DNA of 64,000 nucleotides, taken from positions 248,001 through 312,000 of the forward strand of contig JAUFOR010000008.1 of NCBI GenBank assembly GCA_040285745.1, read 5' to 3'. The translations under genes and the position numbers were made by a program. The notes under the pieces are model-generated. The model had not been told where the DNA came from, ran no database searches, and saw only the letters and a list, made by a program, of their open reading frames with translations. How positions within the stretch are numbered: position 1 is the first letter of the stretch; each line of letters opens with the position of its first letter. Positions 49,225 to 60,575 of the stretch are shown here, piece after piece. Source of the stretch: Barthelona sp. PCE. Taxonomy: Eukaryota.

Positions 49225-49731
49225 CGTAAGTATGAGGTAACTACGAGTTAAAAAAGTAGAATAGAGTAGAAAAAACGAAAGGAAGAAGTTCTCAACAATA
49301 AACAATAGTATGCACCTACCTATCAACCAAGCACTCTTTATTTCACGATTAGTACGACCTTCATGCACAAAAAACTGGGAAGCAAACGAAACTGCAGCTT
49401 TAGCGAAAAAAACTCTTTTGCATGCTGTAATAGTTTGTTCCTCATTGGTATGAACCTACATTCCATTTACATTGACGTATGATATTTGTAAATGGTTCCA
49501 CAAGGTTTATATTTGGCGAAATGTTTGTTATCTTTTCGAAGCCTTTGATTTCCTTATTTTTACAGTTCCCACTGGGTCCAATTCGTAATGAAAACTCACC
49601 GAATAAGCTTTAATTATTCATAATTTAACAAAAATGTAGTTGCAGGTTTTTTTTTACCTTTTGCTAAAGATTAAATACAAGCGTAAAAATCAACGATACA
49701 TCAAAACTACTATGCACATATGTTGATATAT

Positions 49732-52700
49732 TTATTGATCAAAAATAAACTGCAGCATTTCAGGATCCAAATCAAGCTGGAACATATTTTCTGATGTTTG
49801 ATTGAAGCCATCACATATTCCGTTCAAAGAAATACCCATGAGGGTATCGAAAACACTGAGATATTCACTAAAGAAGGAGAAAAACCAACTAAAACCCATA
49901 GACCTCGAATTCAAAAAATTTGCACCATGGTTCTGCAAAAACTGTGGTAGATTTCCGTCAAACACAGCTGCAGTGTCTATGGCACCCTCATCTGAGTAAT
50001 TCTGGAGACAACGATATACGTACTCTACCAAGGGATAGAGCTCTTTGGATAAAATACTGCCATCAACCTTTGAGACGATAGTCATGACACCACCACATCG
50101 GTTGCAGAACGGGGCATGTGAGAGGAGTGTTGGAGAGAACCCTTCACTGGAACTATGTACACAGTCAGCACAAATAGAATTAAAATGAAGAAGTTCGTCA
50201 ATAATTGAATTAATTTTCAGCACAACGTTGTAGTAAATATCAACAGGGAAGATGTGTTCTTTGCACGCTGGACAACAATGGAAAGGTCTGAAAGCGGGAT
50301 TGCTTGACAAATATGTGTGCATCGTCATCTTGCTCAAACCAGAGCCTACATCCAGTGCTGCTGCTGCTGGGGTGGGAGCTGTGACCGTCTTACCCTGCTT
50401 TTTGTGTATCGCTTCAATTGAATTGAGTGTGCCTCTGAACAAAGTATCGTTGAGGCCATTAGCGGGAGAGGGGACGTGGAAAGGTACGACTACCTGATCC
50501 AAACCGAGTTTGGCGAACAAATCGTTACTGTCTGCGATAGAATTAAGCTCTTGCTGTGTGTAAGCACATTTTTCAACTTTCGAAACCTCAACCTTTGTTG
50601 AGACACGCTCCGGTTCGATGTCAACAACAACAACCTGGTCCTTCATTGTTTTACGGATTGAGCTGGCAACTTCATTGGGATACTCAACATTCTGTTGATA
50701 CAAATCAAGGAAAAGAGCGCTGAAGGCATTTTGCTCGTTCAACAACTTTAAACAATCGTAGTTTTCAATCTCACCACCTTCTTCACCAAAGTCTACATCA
50801 CAAAGAGGTTCTTCAGGCCAGATATCATCCGAGTGAGATTTATCGTAGCGGTTATTAACGATGTTATCAACAGTGACTCCATCAAGTGGCATGAAGTACT
50901 TTGCAGCGTCCGTGTACGTCTTATGCATGTCATTAACGAAGAAACCATCACGAGCTTTCGAATTCTTCAACCATGTAGGTTCCATCTTATCATGACAGAA
51001 GGGACATTTTAGATTGACGTCGAAATCAGAAAAGCGATCGTTGATTGTGTCAAAACGGAATCGCAACTCCTCATCAAAAACGTTAAAACTCATGCTGTTT
51101 TGCAAATTGACGCCAAGGATCTCAAACACAATGGGGAGGATCTCTGGGGCCAGAGGGGTGATCAGGCGTTGTAGTGGGGGTGATATTTGATGGTCCAAGT
51201 AGTACTGGTAATCAATCTTAGGGCGCTCCTCTTCCGGCAACTTCTGAAGCGTTTTCCACTCATCAAACGTGCAGCAACGCTTAGACACGTGGTTGTCGTC
51301 AACACCAGACGTGTTCACAGCGGTTGCGAAGACGGGCTTGTCACAAACAATGTAAGACATTACGGTACCCTTTAGAATGGGTTTTCCCTGTCTCTTGAGA
51401 CGAGATGCAACCACGAGCTGGGGCATGCGCAGCCTGTCGTTCTCCCTGTACTTCTCAAGTGGTTTGGAAAGTGCTTTTTTGATCAAAAACATCTTTGCAG
51501 GTCTTGCTTCATAGTTCTCCTTGAACGATAGAATATAGTCTTGCACAAACGTCAGGATGTCGTCCTTTGACGTCCTCTCAACGTTGAGTATTTCACTGAG
51601 CACCTTCTTTCCAAGGTACTTGGATACTTCACACCACTCACGTCGAACAATATCAATACCCTTATACACCTCGCCCGTTGTGTACGAGAAAGCCGCGTAT
51701 TTCTTCTTAGAAACAAGCAACATTCTTCCAAAAACGTCTTCAATGTCAAGATGTACAACTCGACGACGTTCGTTGACCTTGTGCATTATATCGTCAGCTA
51801 TTTGCTGAATCTCGTTCGGAATACGTCCGTTCAGCCTGATTAGGTCCTCCTTTGTTATTTTAAATTTGGTGTCAATCATAATAGAGTCGGTATCACCATA
51901 TATGATTGGGTATCCGAGCTGCTCGGAGATCTCCTTCGTCTCACCAAGAAGCATACGACCCTTCCCGGTGATATATGATGCAAGACATGGCTCGTAGAAC
52001 CTACCGCCTGTGAAACCAAGGTAACCGTAGATTGCATTAGCACAAACTTTGAGTGCCTTCTGTTTAAGGTTGAGGAGTGCCTTCTCTGCAGGTGTGTCAG
52101 CCTTCTTCATAGCCCTCTTAACGGTGTTTCTACCATCAACAAGAGCCTTGATTAGATCTGGTAATACCGAATCTGCGTTGGAATTAGGCCTGATCTCTTC
52201 GCTACCGTCCTCTGTGTGGCTTCCTGTCTTCTCAAACGTCGTGAAGCACACGTTGAACTCCTGGATAACAGACGGATACAGCGAGTTGAAATCAAGCACA
52301 AGGATCGATTGATCGTACCAACCGCTGATAGGATCAATGACGAAACCACCCTTGAACTTACCTTTGCCGTCACGCTTTTCCTTTTGGGGTGCTAGATATC
52401 CCTTTTTGTAGAATTCTCTACATAGCAGTTGCTCAGAACGGATATTCGTTCCCCTGGAACACACCTGGTTCCAACACACACCGGTCAGCTTGGCTATTTC
52501 CAGTGTGAATTTGATCACGTCTATCTTATTTGCAATATCAACAAAGAATAAAGTATTCATGTAAAATAAGTTCAAAAAAATGATTAGGTTTTCAGAAGAA
52601 CTAAAAAGACCAACCATATGGTCTCCCTCGATTGTGTTGATGGCGCAGTCGTCTACAACACACGTTTTGTTCTCCATAAACTCCAAATTCATCCTGTTAT

Positions 52701-54558
52701 ACTTGAATAGCGAGACCATAAGGTCAACGAGCTGATATGAGTCGCTCTTGATGTACTCCTGTGCAGATTTGAACAAATCAATGGATATCCTGCCCTTACT
52801 GAGAAGGTTAAACAAGGTCTGCTTTCCACCCAATTTTAATCTGCTGAGTTGTTGTGCGTTTATACCGTGACGTAGGATACGCTGGTAGATGTACTCGAAG
52901 TAATGATCCTGCTGGAAGTTGAGCACGATGTCGCTGTCATGCTTGTGGAAGAGCTTTAGGAACATTGCTAACATGGCCTTTTCATTTGGTAGAACGCGGA
53001 CGACAACGTTCACACGATCCTTGATTGCGTTCCACTTCTCGCTAAAGTCAACGGGCAGTGCCGAACACGATCTGTTGAGGAGAATAACAAAATTTCCTTT
53101 TCCTTGCTGCTCAATGCAATCTGTCAGTGTCTCATCAGAGGTCAAGTTGAAGCCCTCAATGTTGAGTAGTCCAATGGCGACGACCTTATCCTCAGCAGGT
53201 GCAAGACAAAAATTGGTGACTGAGCAATTAAGTGAAGGGGGTTTATGTTCATCACTCGGTTCAGAAAAAGCAACTTCATTAAAGGAGCAGTCAAATTGTA
53301 GTTTGGAGAAAGACCCGTTCTTCTTTGACTTGCCTGGGTTAATTGTTACTAAACAGGGGAGTCTGAAATCTTTAAAAAATGAATACTGTGAGAATAAACC
53401 AAGATCATGATTGGCAATGGCGTTAAATGCTTGTACAACCAGTTCATCACCGTCATCGTTTGTGATACGGACGTCAACGCTGGCGACATCATTATTCCTA
53501 AGATTGCCAATTCCTCTCAGTAACTCGACGGCCCGCATGGAACTCTTTGCTAATTTGAAAAATGAAATACGGACGTTTAACCAACGAGACTTCTTGAAGT
53601 TGCCCAAATCATCATCAAAAGGGTAACTACGTTGCTCAAATCGAAAAACAAAATCGCTTTCTCCGACTGTGATTCCATTCTTTCTAAAAAAGGAGGCAAC
53701 AGCGGGTTTGAAGGCATGGTACATCTTTGCTGGTTCCATATCAGGAACATCATCATTGATACGAAGATAAAAACTTGAAGGACAGTCGTTTAATGAAACT
53801 GACACTGTCCGTCCATCGCTATGTCGACCAAACAAGTAAATTTTGCCAGTGGAGTCATCCGCATCAAAGCAGTAGAAGGTACATGGTTCTGTTTCTGGCC
53901 ATTCATCTGTTTGTACACGATTTTGTTGGAAGCGCTTCTTCGTTTCGTCCTGCATCTTTTTGAGCTGAGACTCCATTCTTGCCTTGGACACTTCCATGAC
54001 CTTGGCGTTCTCACCACCCTTTGTGGACTTCTTACTCTTCTTTTTTTTGGGAATTTCAACTTCCTCTTCCAAATCACTGTCATCAAAATCCATATTCTGC
54101 AGCAATGATTTCGAAGGTTTCTTTTCCTCTTTCATTGAGAACTTGGCTGTCTTCTTCATTTTTGCAGCTAAAACTTGTTTTTTTGCAGGTGGTTCCTTGG
54201 AAACTTCTTTTATGGGTTCTTCCTCCTTTGTACCCTCGAAAACTGCATCTGTGGGGGTACTAACTGAGATGTTACGCATCCCCGCACCGAAATCAGTCAC
54301 TGGTGACATAACATCAGCGAAAAATGGATCGTCAACGGGGGACATCATATTGACAGCATCAAAAGATTTTAATGAGTCAGTGGTGTTTTTAGGTGCGTGT
54401 CCGAACTCCGAAAGTGTCATTTGTCGTGTTTTCTTCTTTCTACGTTCAACTGGCTGCATTTCTTCTTCTTCGGAATAGTACTTGGCTTCTTCTTCATAGT
54501 CATTGTCAGAGTAGCCGTCGGAAGCGTACTCTGCGTAATTGAAATCCTCAATCCCCAT
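49732..54558 (-). CDS. POLA1: DNA polymerase alpha catalytic subunit
   Basis: LDFNSLYPSVIQEFNVCFTT, QKALKVCANAIYG, YGDTDS, KKKYAA, KGIDIVRREW, YYLDHQISPP; C-terminal Cys pairs. Confidence 0.95.
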   Translation of the reverse strand: MGIEDFNYAEYASDGYSDNDYEEEAKYYSEEEEMQPVERRKKKTRQMTLSEFGHAPKNTTDSLKSFDAVNMMSPVDDPFFADVMSPVTDFGAGMRNISVSTPTDAVFEGTKEEEPIKEVSKEPPAKKQVLAAKMKKTAKFSMKEEKKPSKSLLQNMDFDDSDLEEEVEIPKKKKSKKSTKGGENAKVMEVSKARMESQLKKMQDETKKRFQQNRVQTDEWPETEPCTFYCFDADDSTGKIYLFGRHSDGRTVSVSLNDCPSSFYLRINDDVPDMEPAKMYHAFKPAVASFFRKNGITVGESDFVFRFEQRSYPFDDDLGNFKKSRWLNVRISFFKLAKSSMRAVELLRGIGNLRNNDVASVDVRITNDDGDELVVQAFNAIANHDLGLFSQYSFFKDFRLPCLVTINPGKSKKNGSFSKLQFDCSFNEVAFSEPSDEHKPPSLNCSVTNFCLAPAEDKVVAIGLLNIEGFNLTSDETLTDCIEQQGKGNFVILLNRSCSALPVDFSEKWNAIKDRVNVVVRVLPNEKAMLAMFLKLFHKHDSDIVLNFQQDHYFEYIYQRILRHGINAQQLSRLKLGGKQTLFNLLSKGRISIDLFKSAQEYIKSDSYQLVDLMVSLFKYNRMNLEFMENKTCVVDDCAINTIEGDHMVGLFSSSENLIIFLNLFYMNTLFFVDIANKIDVIKFTLEIAKLTGVCWNQVCSRGTNIRSEQLLCREFYKKGYLAPQKEKRDGKGKFKGGFVIDPISGWYDQSILVLDFNSLYPSVIQEFNVCFTTFEKTGSHTEDGSEEIRPNSNADSVLPDLIKALVDGRNTVKRAMKKADTPAEKALLNLKQKALKVCANAIYGYLGFTGGRFYEPCLASYITGKGRMLLGETKEISEQLGYPIIYGDTDSIMIDTKFKITKEDLIRLNGRIPNEIQQIADDIMHKVNERRRVVHLDIEDVFGRMLLVSKKKYAAFSYTTGEVYKGIDIVRREWCEVSKYLGKKVLSEILNVERTSKDDILTFVQDYILSFKENYEARPAKMFLIKKALSKPLEKYRENDRLRMPQLVVASRLKRQGKPILKGTVMSYIVCDKPVFATAVNTSGVDDNHVSKRCCTFDEWKTLQKLPEEERPKIDYQYYLDHQISPPLQRLITPLAPEILPIVFEILGVNLQNSMSFNVFDEELRFRFDTINDRFSDFDVNLKCPFCHDKMEPTWLKNSKARDGFFVNDMHKTYTDAAKYFMPLDGVTVDNIVNNRYDKSHSDDIWPEEPLCDVDFGEEGGEIENYDCLKLLNEQNAFSALFLDLYQQNVEYPNEVASSIRKTMKDQVVVVDIEPERVSTKVEVSKVEKCAYTQQELNSIADSNDLFAKLGLDQVVVPFHVPSPANGLNDTLFRGTLNSIEAIHKKQGKTVTAPTPAAAALDVGSGLSKMTMHTYLSSNPAFRPFHCCPACKEHIFPVDIYYNVVLKINSIIDELLHFNSICADCVHSSSEGFSPTLLSHAPFCNRCGGVMTIVSKVDGSILSKELYPLVEYVYRCLQNYSDEGAIDTAAVFDGNLPQFLQNHGANFLNSRSMGFSWFFSFFSEYLSVFDTLMGISLNGICDGFNQTSENMFQLDLDPEMLQFIFDQ

Positions 54559-54639
54559 TAGAAAAGTGAAAAAAAACGAAAACATGCAAAAAGTCTAATT
54601 AAAAACTTAAACACCTCTATTTTACATATGAATCAAGGA

Positions 54640-55809
54640 TTACTTTCTCTTTTTCTTAGTTTTACCCTTACCTTTCTTCTTACCCTTCTTCTTCTTCTTC
54701 TTTTTAAGGGTACCAGCCTTAGCATCCCTATAAAAGCACCATATATGCCAGGCAGCTTTCCTACGCTGGAATTCAATAATACTCTTTTCGATCAAATCTC
54801 TTTCGCGCTTTTTCTGTGCTTCAAGTTCTTTCCTTGCCTTTTCTTCTTCTTCTTCTCTTTCCCTATGCTTCAAATCAGCCAGGATAAGTCTCTTCTCATC
54901 CAGTTCCATCTTTAAAGATCGAGTTTGATTATCCAAGTTGGACCGATCCTGTTCAAGGCGTTCTTTCCATCTATCAGCTTCTTCACCTAAGAAATCCGCT
55001 CGATGCTTTAGAAACTCGGTGTTACGCTCAAATACAATACGTTCAGTCTCAAGCTGTTGCTGTAATGTTCTAATTTGATTTAATTTAAAATCAAGCTCAC
55101 GTTGACACAAAATAGCGATACTTTCTGTTTTTGCATTTTCATCAAGCTCAGAGTAACGGGTCTCATCCTTCCATTTCTTCTTCAGCATTTGTAAACGTGA
55201 TTTTAGATTTTCAATCTCAGAATTCTTCGTGTTCAACAAAATATCGTTTTCCTTAGTTTCCTTATCAATAACGTTCTTCAGTTGCTCAAGGTTGTTCACA
55301 GCCTCAGAGTATTTAGCCTCAGCTTCATGCAAACGTTGATTTAAATTCTTCTCATTCAACACCAATCGATATAAGGTTGTGAATGAATGAATGGGGTCAC
55401 GTAGTTCTCTGATGGTCTTCTGGATTAAATGATACAGGTTAGTTCTCTCTTCCTGGATGAGAGTCAAATTTTCTGAAACATTAGGGTTTTCTTTAAGAAC
55501 AGACATAAGTTCTCCTGAGTAATTGCGGATCTTCTTAGTAAGTTCTGCAATCTCATGCTCTTTTTCAGCAAGCTTAACCTTTGAAACTCCTCTTAAACTA
55601 TCACGTTCTCGAACTAATTCAGCGAACCGCTCTTCTAACTTGCGTTGGTTCTCCAAACTCTCTTCAACCTGGTCACCCAAGATGGCGGAGAGCTCAGTTT
55701 GATGCGTTGACACGTCGGGTGTGATGGTTGAGACCAAATTGAGTCTATCCACCAGTTCCTCAAGGATGGCGCAGACCGAGAGCGATGTTGACGGACTCAG
55801 ATGATCCAT
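54640..55809 (-). CDS. IQCG: Dynein regulatory complex subunit DRC9/IQCG-like
   Basis: Coiled coil, AILEELVDRL, NLTLIQEER, degenerate IQ motif AAWHIWCFYR, K/G-rich tail. Confidence 0.7.
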   Translation of the reverse strand: MDHLSPSTSLSVCAILEELVDRLNLVSTITPDVSTHQTELSAILGDQVEESLENQRKLEERFAELVRERDSLRGVSKVKLAEKEHEIAELTKKIRNYSGELMSVLKENPNVSENLTLIQEERTNLYHLIQKTIRELRDPIHSFTTLYRLVLNEKNLNQRLHEAEAKYSEAVNNLEQLKNVIDKETKENDILLNTKNSEIENLKSRLQMLKKKWKDETRYSELDENAKTESIAILCQRELDFKLNQIRTLQQQLETERIVFERNTEFLKHRADFLGEEADRWKERLEQDRSNLDNQTRSLKMELDEKRLILADLKHREREEEEEKARKELEAQKKRERDLIEKSIIEFQRRKAAWHIWCFYRDAKAGTLKKKKKKKGKKKGKGKTKKKRK

Positions 55810-55955
55810 TTGCTCTGAAAATGAAGTAAGAAAAGTAAAACAGAATTTTATTCATAAAAAACCTTTAGACAGAGGATTCTTTCATTCTCTGAGGTGCTTG
55901 GTACACGCAACCTTTCAATTGACCTATTCTTAAAAGCAGAAAACATTGTTTTACA

Positions 55956-58900
55956 CTAATGCGACTCACCAGATTGGCGCTTTTGACGGTTTCTCTTTGT
56001 CTTTCTACGAATCTTCTTGGTGTCATGGTCCTCAAAAGGAGCTCTGACAGGACCAGGGCCACTGGCAAAGGCTAAATTAGCAGGTAAAAGTCCTGGATTA
56101 GCTAAACGACCAGTTTGTTGACCAGTTTGAACAGTAGTTTTCTTCTTGGGACGCTTCTCGGCCACAGGTTCCATGGTCATCTGTATCTTCTTTCTTTTCT
56201 TCTTCTTGTTAACCTTTTTAACAGTAGCTTGTTGTAGCTCAATATTTAAAGGTTGAGAAGGTTCTTCGACTTTAACAACCTTGAACGGGAGGTCCTTAGG
56301 TTCCTGCTCAACGGGTGCTTCATTCTTTGCACCTGATCCTGTCGTTGCATGAACACCAACGAATAAAGAATCAATTATGTCGATTTTCTCTCTTGATACT
56401 TGATCTCTCTTCTTCTTGTTGTTACGACGCTTCTTTTTACCCTGCTGTTGGTTCTGTTGTTGGGGTTGGACAGGGTTGTGACCCTTGTTCACCTCAGAGA
56501 ACTGTCCAATGAGTTGAGGACGGCCAACAGTCTGTATTCTACGATAGATACCAGGAGAACTGGTGTTGAACACCGTCTCAATATCTTGCAGTGTGCAGCG
56601 CTGGGTGCCGGCTCCGAAAGCAATAGAAGTACCACTCCAAACCTCTTCCCAAAGAATCTGAACCTTGAAGCAGTCTGTAGAGCTCATGACAGATTTCTTG
56701 TTCGATGTGACTTCACGCACGTCCTTGGCCATAGCCTTGTTATGATGTGTGTTGCCGTTTGTGTTCTGAAGGGCATCCTCAATGGAGCGAAGGAAACGAG
56801 TTTCAAACGAGTTAGGGGAGTATCCAGCGACACCACGATTCTCTACGTACATGATTACACCGCGTGCACCAATTGGAACTGGGCCACTGTTTTCAAGCTG
56901 AATAACAACGTCACCGATCTTGGGGATCCTATGAATATATTCAAAATCTCTGAAGCTTGAAACCAACGGCTGGTCAGGGAATAGCAGGCGGTTCTGAGGG
57001 AGAGTAACCTGGCGTGAGTTGCAACAGAGCAATGTCTTGGACACGTTTGTTTCAGTCTCACGGACATCGTTAATGAGTGAATGAAGTTGACCTTCGCTCA
57101 TACCATTGTAGAACTCAGCAGCAGAAGAGCCACGGACAACGGGCAGGAGTTCAACAAGGGCGGCCTCTTCCTCAGGGGAGTTACGTTGCCTGGTAAAGCG
57201 CAGACGCTCAACACCGGCGTGGAAAGTGCGGAAGAACATCTTGAGCTCCTCACGCTTTTTGTTGTTAGCCTTTGATTTTGAACCAAATACGTGCTCTACC
57301 TTAAACTGTGGCAGTGTGCGTGCCTTACTATTTCCGTCCAGATAATTAACAACCTCTGGGAACTGCAAACGGAAATCTTGAAGCAGTTGAAGAACGCGCT
57401 CAGTATACTTATAGAAGATACGCTCACCATCAGCATACACGCGAGAGTAACCGGGAATGTAATCGTTGTAGTGGGTTTTGAAGCAGAAACCAAATGGTCC
57501 AAAACCAGGCCACTTGTTATCACCAACAAGCTTGAACACAGTCGACGGCTGCATTCCACTCTTACTGATTATTGTTTGCATGCCAAGAGCATACTCAAGA
57601 ATGGGAATTGCGTTGTTCTCGGCAATTCTGTCCCAAACATTACCAGGCTCATAATAGGGGAGGCTGAATGGCAGGTCGAACACGTGGCCGGTTACAGTCA
57701 TGTCAGAGTGTTGATGATCAACACGGAACACTTGTCCAAGACGCACTTCATCATCAGGAAAGTCATCAGTGACGATAGCGATAGCGTTTGGAGAAATCTT
57801 GAAATCACCCTCTCTCTTCTTCTTGTTGGGAAGGGCAACAGTTCCCTTCTTAAGAGCAGCTTCAATTGGATGTAGTTCAAGAACATCACGGTAGAAATCG
57901 CTGCCAGAGACCAAAACGTTCTCGGGCAACGAGCGGAAGATGTACTCTGCTGGAAGACAGACAGTTTCTCTCACAACGAGAGGATCGAACGAGTGGACGT
58001 ACGCAACCTCAATGAGGTACTTGAAATCCATCGATAAACCTCTGTTCTTCAGCATGAACGCAGAGACACGGTTGCAGCGAGAGTTGAAGGACTCATTACC
58101 CTTGTTCATATGAACCTTCCCGGTTGTCTCATCGTAAGAGATTTTAAACTGATGGGTTTGAATGCTCTTGATGATACTAGGACGGAAGTTGGGCCAGTTG
58201 GTCCAAACGAGACAGCCAAGCAGGTTATTGGTCTCGCTCTTTGCGTGATACATTGCAGTTTGGAAATCTACATTGGTGTAGAAATCGAGCCTATTGTTGA
58301 TATACTCCGCAAAGTCACTCTTTGGTGGTGTTAAAATAATAGTAGGATCACGCGATGTGAACTTAAAGATACTAACCACGTTGGATTTCCACTCGTGAGT
58401 GTACTCCCATCCTCTACCCATTGTAGGGAAACCAATATGCACAGGGACATCATAAATTGGTTTGAAACTCACACCCTCGAGATAAGGATGATTCTTAAAC
58501 TCACGAACGTATTCACTGACAACATCAGGAATAGGTGTTGGGAAGAAATCTTGGACAATGCAAGAGTGATTAACAATCTCACAGCGCCAAGGCATACCGG
58601 CTGGGGCCTCAATAATCTCATTTTCATCAAGTGTAGGATCATACACATATGCCTTTGAAACATGATGAGTGTTACCGAGCAATACGTTAGGATCCATAGA
58701 ATCAGTGTCGATCTGACCGATTTTCTCAAGCAGAAGATCAACGTCAAGGTATGGGAGTAGTACAACACCTTCCCATGTTCGACGAGCACCATCCATATCA
58801 ATGGCGAAGCGTTCCGGATACATGTCCTTCAGTTCATCGCAGTACATGAGTTCTGCAAATTCTGGTGGGAGAAGTGGCGCACTAGCTGGAGGGAGAACAC

Positions 58901-60377
58901 AAAGAAGCTGTGTGAAAGGGAGACTGGCTGGAAGTTCGGTGTTGAACGTTAGATCCAGGTCGTTAAAGTCAACTCGGGCAATATCCGAGACGAGAGGCGC
59001 GTAATGATAGGGATAATAAAAGTTCCAATCAACAACGCCAAGATAGTAATAGGAAAGGACCCAAACGAGTGATTTGACATAGATTTTGGCAAGACGATCA
59101 GGGAAGCCGGGGTCTTCGTTAATATCAACGTGGAACTTGATCAAATAGTACTTTTGGCGCAGTTCACTATGTGATGTGAACTTCATTTTTGAATAATTAC
59201 TGACAATGTACTGTTCGTCCATTCTGAAGATCTCGTCTTCATCGTCAAGCATCATGGAGGCGCCGTTGATCTCATCAAAGTCCATGCGACGCATTCCCTT
59301 CTTACCTTGAGCTTCATTAGAAATTTTCTTCTCAAAAGTTGTTTCTTCGAAAGTAGCAAGCTCAGACATGAACATACATAGGTTTTCAAAATTGATCTCA
59401 CCACAGTTGTTCAGATACCCATCATCAACGAATGCTGGTTGAACACGACCATAGATATTAAAGATCTCCTCGAAGGATTTGTTAACAATTGCTATGGACG
59501 GTAATGAAGGGAGGAAATCGTTACCAATTGTATAAGCGAGGAGGATGAAATCATCAATTAGACGCTCGATATCACAACCTTGCAAGTTTTTGTTCATCTC
59601 GATCTCAAGATAATCTCTAAAAATGGAAAGGTGGAGATATGTCCAGTTAATCTCTCTCATACTCTTGTTGGTGTTAGTCTTATCGAAGACCTGTTCTTCA
59701 CGCAACAATGAGAAGTTCGGTTGATGACAGGTGAGAGCAAGCATGATTAAATCGGCATCAAGACCAAGACAGCAGTGTCTGGTGGATGGATCATACCCAG
59801 GCTGGGCAGTCTCGTTACGGAGATACTCCATCACCTTATGCTCTCCCTCTCCAGGGACTTGACAGCTTGAATAAACGACTTTGATGCGCTGCCAATTGGG
59901 ATCTGTGTTTACCTTCTCAACTAAATAATGCTGGAGAATAGCATCTAAACGCATCATGAACTCGGTTCCAGGCGTGATTGCGTTAGTGTCGAAGATCTTG
60001 TCAGGTACAGTCTCACCACGCTCAATAGCAGCCTTCTTATCGTTCTCGGCATCCATAGCACTTCGGAAACGTCGTTCTCGCTGCTGATTCATCTTTGCAC
60101 GGGGAGCCGGTCCATCAATCGCAATGAACAGTAATTTCTTAGGACTGACGGTACAAAAAATGTGGTCAATCATCTCAATAATTTGCTCATAACACTTCTG
60201 CTCATCAAAATTACCAACCAAACCGTCGTGGTTGCCGTGTGTGGCCATGTGGATCAGGCCATTCGTATCTAGGTAAAGATTATCGAACTGAGGTCCTCCA
60301 GCAGTTGGAGGTACAACAGACTCATTTATCTGAGGATATCTTTGACTTATCCATCTGTAAAACTTAGGAATACCCAT
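55956..60377 (-). CDS. XRN1: 5'-3' exoribonuclease 1
   Basis: MGIPKFYRWISQRYP, FDNLYLD, PRAKMNQQRERRF, PGEGEHK, GLDADLIML, GNDFLP, YPYHYAP; long XRN1-type C-terminus. Confidence 0.97.
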   Translation of the reverse strand: MGIPKFYRWISQRYPQINESVVPPTAGGPQFDNLYLDTNGLIHMATHGNHDGLVGNFDEQKCYEQIIEMIDHIFCTVSPKKLLFIAIDGPAPRAKMNQQRERRFRSAMDAENDKKAAIERGETVPDKIFDTNAITPGTEFMMRLDAILQHYLVEKVNTDPNWQRIKVVYSSCQVPGEGEHKVMEYLRNETAQPGYDPSTRHCCLGLDADLIMLALTCHQPNFSLLREEQVFDKTNTNKSMREINWTYLHLSIFRDYLEIEMNKNLQGCDIERLIDDFILLAYTIGNDFLPSLPSIAIVNKSFEEIFNIYGRVQPAFVDDGYLNNCGEINFENLCMFMSELATFEETTFEKKISNEAQGKKGMRRMDFDEINGASMMLDDEDEIFRMDEQYIVSNYSKMKFTSHSELRQKYYLIKFHVDINEDPGFPDRLAKIYVKSLVWVLSYYYLGVVDWNFYYPYHYAPLVSDIARVDFNDLDLTFNTELPASLPFTQLLCVLPPASAPLLPPEFAELMYCDELKDMYPERFAIDMDGARRTWEGVVLLPYLDVDLLLEKIGQIDTDSMDPNVLLGNTHHVSKAYVYDPTLDENEIIEAPAGMPWRCEIVNHSCIVQDFFPTPIPDVVSEYVREFKNHPYLEGVSFKPIYDVPVHIGFPTMGRGWEYTHEWKSNVVSIFKFTSRDPTIILTPPKSDFAEYINNRLDFYTNVDFQTAMYHAKSETNNLLGCLVWTNWPNFRPSIIKSIQTHQFKISYDETTGKVHMNKGNESFNSRCNRVSAFMLKNRGLSMDFKYLIEVAYVHSFDPLVVRETVCLPAEYIFRSLPENVLVSGSDFYRDVLELHPIEAALKKGTVALPNKKKREGDFKISPNAIAIVTDDFPDDEVRLGQVFRVDHQHSDMTVTGHVFDLPFSLPYYEPGNVWDRIAENNAIPILEYALGMQTIISKSGMQPSTVFKLVGDNKWPGFGPFGFCFKTHYNDYIPGYSRVYADGERIFYKYTERVLQLLQDFRLQFPEVVNYLDGNSKARTLPQFKVEHVFGSKSKANNKKREELKMFFRTFHAGVERLRFTRQRNSPEEEAALVELLPVVRGSSAAEFYNGMSEGQLHSLINDVRETETNVSKTLLCCNSRQVTLPQNRLLFPDQPLVSSFRDFEYIHRIPKIGDVVIQLENSGPVPIGARGVIMYVENRGVAGYSPNSFETRFLRSIEDALQNTNGNTHHNKAMAKDVREVTSNKKSVMSSTDCFKVQILWEEVWSGTSIAFGAGTQRCTLQDIETVFNTSSPGIYRRIQTVGRPQLIGQFSEVNKGHNPVQPQQQNQQQGKKKRRNNKKKRDQVSREKIDIIDSLFVGVHATTGSGAKNEAPVEQEPKDLPFKVVKVEEPSQPLNIELQQATVKKVNKKKKRKKIQMTMEPVAEKRPKKKTTVQTGQQTGRLANPGLLPANLAFASGPGPVRAPFEDHDTKKIRRKTKRNRQKRQSGESH

Positions 60378-60575
60378 TTAAAGTGAAAATATTAAATAGA
60401 AAAGGATATTAAACTAAATGCAAATCTCTACATGAATTATGGCTGTATCTTTCAAATGAAATGCTTTTTATTCAATATTTCTACCCTTATATGAAACGAA
60501 ATGAACACAAAAGAATATAGTGAGACAAAGCCTCTAATCGGCTCAAAATGTTTGACGATCAATAACTCACTGTTA

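Noticed and set aside
49225-49233. ATACTTAC (U1 snRNA 5'-end-like) just before the RPS14 ATG
   Set aside because: It runs directly into coding sequence, with no U1 stem-loops or Sm site.
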